DNA of 64,000 nt from Candidatus Latescibacterota bacterium (GTDB taxonomy: Bacteria; Latescibacterota; UBA2968; UBA8231). The notes under the pieces were generated by a model that saw only the letters and a list, made by a program, of their open reading frames with translations, had not been told where the DNA came from and did not search any database. A program made the translations under genes and the position numbers. Each line of letters starts with the position of its first letter. The stretch's first letter is position 1. Shown here in pieces: positions 60,194 through 64,000 of this stretch. The DNA is taken from NCBI GenBank assembly GCA_965223905.1, contig CBDCXV010000010.1:1312001-1376000 (forward strand), in the 5' to 3' direction.

Positions 60194-62008
60194 ATGAGCA
60201 CTGATGTGATTGTTTCAGATCTGGGTCAGTGTCAACCAGCCCACCGTCTCGACCGGGACTACCGGCATGGCACCTGGCGGCTGATCGACTACGAGACCGA
60301 AGAATTCGCCGGCACGATGATTTATTCCGGCCCGGGCATGGATTCAGGACCGTTGACATTGCCCTTGAACCGCGAGGGTTACCACGCAATTCATGTGGGT
60401 GTCCATTACCCCGGCCAGTTCGGGGACGTTCATGTGCGCCTCCGTTTGACCGGTGACCCGGCGTACACCCTTGTGAGAGCAGAGACGCAGAACGGGAAGG
60501 ACCTCAACGGCATCCCGCCGGAATTTGGGTGGAGCCACACGACAAAGGCGTTCTCGGATTACCAGGTGTCCGAGGCTTTCTGGAAGGTTGCCGACCTCAC
60601 CGGGGTTGATCTCGTCATCAGTCGTTTCAACGAAGGGGGCCGCGACAGCAGTTACGGCGAGATGTACAGCAGCCTGGTCCATGTACGTTTAGTACCCCTT
60701 TCAAAGGCGGAATTGGAGGAATACCGCCGGGAACTGCCCCGGAAGGATACCAAACGCCTCATCGCGATGAACGATGCCGGTATTTTCTCCGATCTTCGCA
60801 CAAAGGAGGATATCCGGGCGCAGCTCGAGCCGTATCGGGACAGCGATGTGGACATCATGCTGTGGGCGACCTTCAAGGGGGAAAACTGTACCTATCGCAG
60901 CCGTATCGGCCGCACACTGAATGACAGCAACAATCCCTTTGACCGCTTTGCCGCTTACGAACGCTGGGACACGACGCTTGCAAAGTTGGAGGAACAGGGC
61001 ATCGACTTCATGACCGAGGTTGTACAAGCGGCTCATGCCCTTGGCATACGCATCTTCCCAAGTCTCCGATTCAACGGGCCAAAAGCGTTGCCGCTGGAAA
61101 TGGAGAAAGGGAGTTTCCATGAACGGCACCCCGAATTTCGTTGCAAGGACAAGCAAGGTAGAGAGATAGCGCATCTCAGCCTGGCTTTTCCCGAAATCCG
61201 GCATCTGTGGATTTCTCTCCTGTGCGAGGCGCTGGAATACGGCTTTGACGGGGTTCATGTGATTTTCTGCCGCTCCCAGCCCTTTGTGTTGTACGAGGAA
61301 CCGGTTATCCAGAGGTTTCGTGAGGAATATGGAGAGGACCCGCGCGAGTGTCCGGACGACGACCCGCGTTTCTGGAGGGTGTTGTCCACCTTTGTCACCC
61401 AGTTTGCCCGCGAGCTCAAGGCGGCTGTCGATGCCGTCGGCCGGAAAAGGGGAGTGAAACTTGAAATCGCCTATAACGTCACCTCGACGATGGAAAGCCG
61501 GCTTCGGGCACCGGGGATCGATCCGGCTTCCAGAGCCGAGGTCTCGGGGGGCACCGGGAAATACAATCTCAGCGAGGTCATGCAGAGCAACATGGTATGG
61601 GGAGTCGATGTCGAGACTCTGGTCAGGGAGGGCCTGGTGGACTACCTGATGCCCCACCCGACTTTTGCGATGAACGCTGCAGAATGGATTCAACCGATGG
61701 TGGAACTGGTCAAGGACACACCGGTTAAATTGTACCCTGATCTCTATCCACGCCGCCAGCCCCCGGCCGCCTCCCTGTACTCCGCGCAGACTTTATATGA
61801 ATTGGGTTGTGACGGTCTCACCTTGTGGGATACTTATGCCCGGGTGTTCCGGATCTCCGAGTGGGCGATGATGAAACGGCTTGGACATCGAGAAGCACTG
61901 AACGATTGGCGGGAAGGCGGCAAGGGCGACGACTACTTCCGCGTCCTGAACTTCAAATGGGTCGGCGATCGGAGCGGCGATCCACGCTATTACCAGACCA
62001 ACGGGTAG
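60194..62008 (+). CDS. Glycosyl hydrolase-like 10 (DUF187-type TIM barrel) protein
   Basis: AMND, AHALGIRIFPSLR, HPEF, LAFPEIR, YGFDGV..F.R. Confidence 0.65.
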   Translation: MSTDVIVSDLGQCQPAHRLDRDYRHGTWRLIDYETEEFAGTMIYSGPGMDSGPLTLPLNREGYHAIHVGVHYPGQFGDVHVRLRLTGDPAYTLVRAETQNGKDLNGIPPEFGWSHTTKAFSDYQVSEAFWKVADLTGVDLVISRFNEGGRDSSYGEMYSSLVHVRLVPLSKAELEEYRRELPRKDTKRLIAMNDAGIFSDLRTKEDIRAQLEPYRDSDVDIMLWATFKGENCTYRSRIGRTLNDSNNPFDRFAAYERWDTTLAKLEEQGIDFMTEVVQAAHALGIRIFPSLRFNGPKALPLEMEKGSFHERHPEFRCKDKQGREIAHLSLAFPEIRHLWISLLCEALEYGFDGVHVIFCRSQPFVLYEEPVIQRFREEYGEDPRECPDDDPRFWRVLSTFVTQFARELKAAVDAVGRKRGVKLEIAYNVTSTMESRLRAPGIDPASRAEVSGGTGKYNLSEVMQSNMVWGVDVETLVREGLVDYLMPHPTFAMNAAEWIQPMVELVKDTPVKLYPDLYPRRQPPAASLYSAQTLYELGCDGLTLWDTYARVFRISEWAMMKRLGHREALNDWREGGKGDDYFRVLNFKWVGDRSGDPRYYQTNG

Positions 62009-62017
62009 ACAATCGGT

Positions 62018-63600
62018 TTGACCGGCGCCGGGGCCCTCCGCGACTGCTACGACGCCTGCGCCGCCCTGCGGGCGGAGATGAACCACTGGCTCGAACAGAG
62101 CCGGCGGCTCGATCCTCCCGGCCCCAACCAGGGAGGCGAGGACGAGGCCAACTACGCCCTCGCCTGGTTCCCCCATTTTCTGATCACCGGCGACCCGGCG
62201 GTCCTGCGCCACTTCGAGGCGCTGAAGGCGGCCCTGAAGGGCTGGGTGGAGCGCGAATGCCTCCACGGGTACGAGCCGGAGGCCGAGGCCCATCACGGGC
62301 CGGAGCCCTTTCTGCTCTTCCTGCCGCGCTACATCGGGTTGCAACCGCAGGATTCGGAGGCCGTCGCGCTGCTGACGGATGCGGCCGAGCACATCGGCAA
62401 CTGGGTGCCCGGGATCCCTCCGTGGTACGACTACTCGCGGGACACCTTCGTCGGGTACCGCATCGGCACCCGCTGCGTGAGCAACGGCGAGGCGGACGCC
62501 CATGAGCTGGCCGAGCACTTCCGCTTCCTTCACATCGCCCTCGCCGCCCACCGGGTGACGGGGGAAGAGCGCTACCTGGAGTGGGCCCTGCGCCATGGCC
62601 GCAAGCGGGCCGGGCGCCTGCTTTCGGCGCCGGATCCGATGCCCCTGCTCTGGACCCTCGACGGGACGGGGCTCGACGAAGCCGAAGTCAACGCCCGGGG
62701 CCTGCAGCTCCTTGCCGCCAGTTCCCACCACCTTCCCGGAGACCGGCTCGCCGGCATCGAGAACCTGATGGCCTCGGGCGCGGTCTACGCCCTGGGCGAT
62801 CTCTGGCTGCTGTCCGGGGAGGAGGTCTTCCGCGAGGCGGCCAGGCGGATCGTGGAGCCCCTGGCGACCTGCCTGGACGATCCCTGCAACGATCCTGCGT
62901 CAGCCGCCCTGAGCTACTACCGCTGGACCTTCGCGGACACCGGCCTCGATCCGGAGATCCGTTCGGGGGTGGAAGCTCTCTGCCCGAAAGCCCGCCTGAG
63001 CGGCTGGCCCTGGTCTTTCCCGAGGAGCAGCGGATGCGGGCGCCGGGCGTCGGCAAGCGGGCGGACATGGCGTACTGGGGAGAATGGTCGGAGGACGGAT
63101 CGGTGAAGCCGATCCGCGAGCCGTCCACGGCCACCCTGACCCTGGCCTGGCAGGTGACGGGGAGGATCGAGTACGCCCTGCGCGCCCTGCGGAACGCCGC
63201 GACGCGTCTGCAGATGGCCAGGCGCGTCTTGCGCGGCGGACGGGAACACGCGGACATGGGAGGGGCGGTCTGCTCAATTGCAGCGGGACACGGACGGAAC
63301 TGGGGACAGGGGGCGGTCACGGCGTGCTACGGCCCCCTGCTGCTGGGCACGCGCGAAATCCGGGGCGAGGTCAGGCCGATGCTCGAGGTCCGGCAGGAGG
63401 ACGGAAGGAGCCATCCGCCCTGGACCCTGCTCTCCCTGGTGCGCCCTCTTCCCGGCGAGGCGGGAGCCGCGGAGGTCGCGTTCCACAACGGGGGGCGGAC
63501 GCCGCTGGCCTTCTCCTGGCGGATCCGCGGCGACGTCGCGGAGAGCCCATGGCGCCAGGAGCGACTCGCGCCGGGAAGCAACCGCAAGCGAGGCGGATGA
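62018..63600 (+). pseudogene. Hypothetical protein split by a frameshift near 62980
   Basis: Coding-like frame switches from ORF 62018-63106 to the 3' part of 62581-63600. Confidence 0.6.
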
Positions 63601-63678
63601 AATCATGCTCCCTCAGACGCCTTGCGAGCCGGTGCCTCGGCGCCCTCGTTCGTACGCCTGGTGACGCGCGCAGGGGCA

Positions 63679-64000
63679 CTAGTCGCGCAGACCAGTCAGT
63701 TCTTCCATAAGGTCCGGTGGATTCCACCAGCGCCTGACTCCGAGGTCCGCGGCGATCACCGAGGCGGCGTTGTAGCCGCACAGTCCGGTCACGTTTCCCC
63801 CCGGATGCGTGGAGCCGCCGCACAGGTACAGACCCTCCAGCGGTGTGCGATAGCAGCCGGCTCCCGGAAACGGACGGTTGTAGCCCACCTGGTCGTTGGC
63901 GAACGAGCCGACCAGCAGGTCGCCCTGAGACATGTTCGGCAGCCGGTCGACGGTGTCCAGCGGACTGAGCGCAAACCGGTCGAGGATCGCGTCGTCACGG
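63679..64000 (-). CDS. Phytoene desaturase-like NAD(P)/FAD oxidoreductase, C-terminal part (partial)
   Basis: YRTPLEGLYLCGGSTHPGGNVTGLCGYNAA. Confidence 0.85.
   Translation of the reverse strand, partial: RDDAILDRFALSPLDTVDRLPNMSQGDLLVGSFANDQVGYNRPFPGAGCYRTPLEGLYLCGGSTHPGGNVTGLCGYNAASVIAADLGVRRWWNPPDLMEELTGLRD

Noticed and set aside
59102-62008. 968-aa ORF as a single protein
   Set aside because: The first 364 codons overlap the selenoprotein region out of frame; the plausible start is 60194.
1-64000. Integron integrase or other tyrosine recombinase gene
   Set aside because: No ORF shows the R..HxxR..H..Y catalytic pattern; only DDE and HUH transposases or their fragments are seen.

Overview
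A GC-rich bacterial accessory region. A C-terminal TWGRIKA motif and the gene repertoire suggest a Latescibacterota/Poribacteria-like host, which is inference only. The centrepiece is an integron-like gene-cassette array at about 21.5-40.5 kb. It has 16 complete, 81-96 bp palindromic attC-like sites, plus degenerate or half sites at 17.4, 21.5 and 39.7 kb, separating co-oriented single genes. No tyrosine recombinase is present in the window. The sites depart from canonical attC in several ways: a branched multi-hairpin centre, a right arm 3 nt longer than the left, cassette-specific terminal inverted repeats extending to 13-18 bp with a conserved A/C mismatch at position 11, and two cassettes with compensated GAT/ATC cores instead of GTT/AAC. 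The array also carries two related ORF-less, self-complementary cassettes. Around it lie a Cu-type P-ATPase, a sulfatase, an MmeI-like restriction-modification gene followed by an NDT-like protein, many broken toxin-antitoxin and defence genes, and a HEPN gene split by ISL3. IS3, ISKra4-like, IS1380 and IS91 elements or remnants, a duplicated DHDPS-family gene bracketing about 31 kb, catabolic genes, and a predicted selenoprotein (UGA read-through, U-x-x-C) at 58485-60131 complete the window. All family assignments come from motif recognition by eye; no database searches were run.
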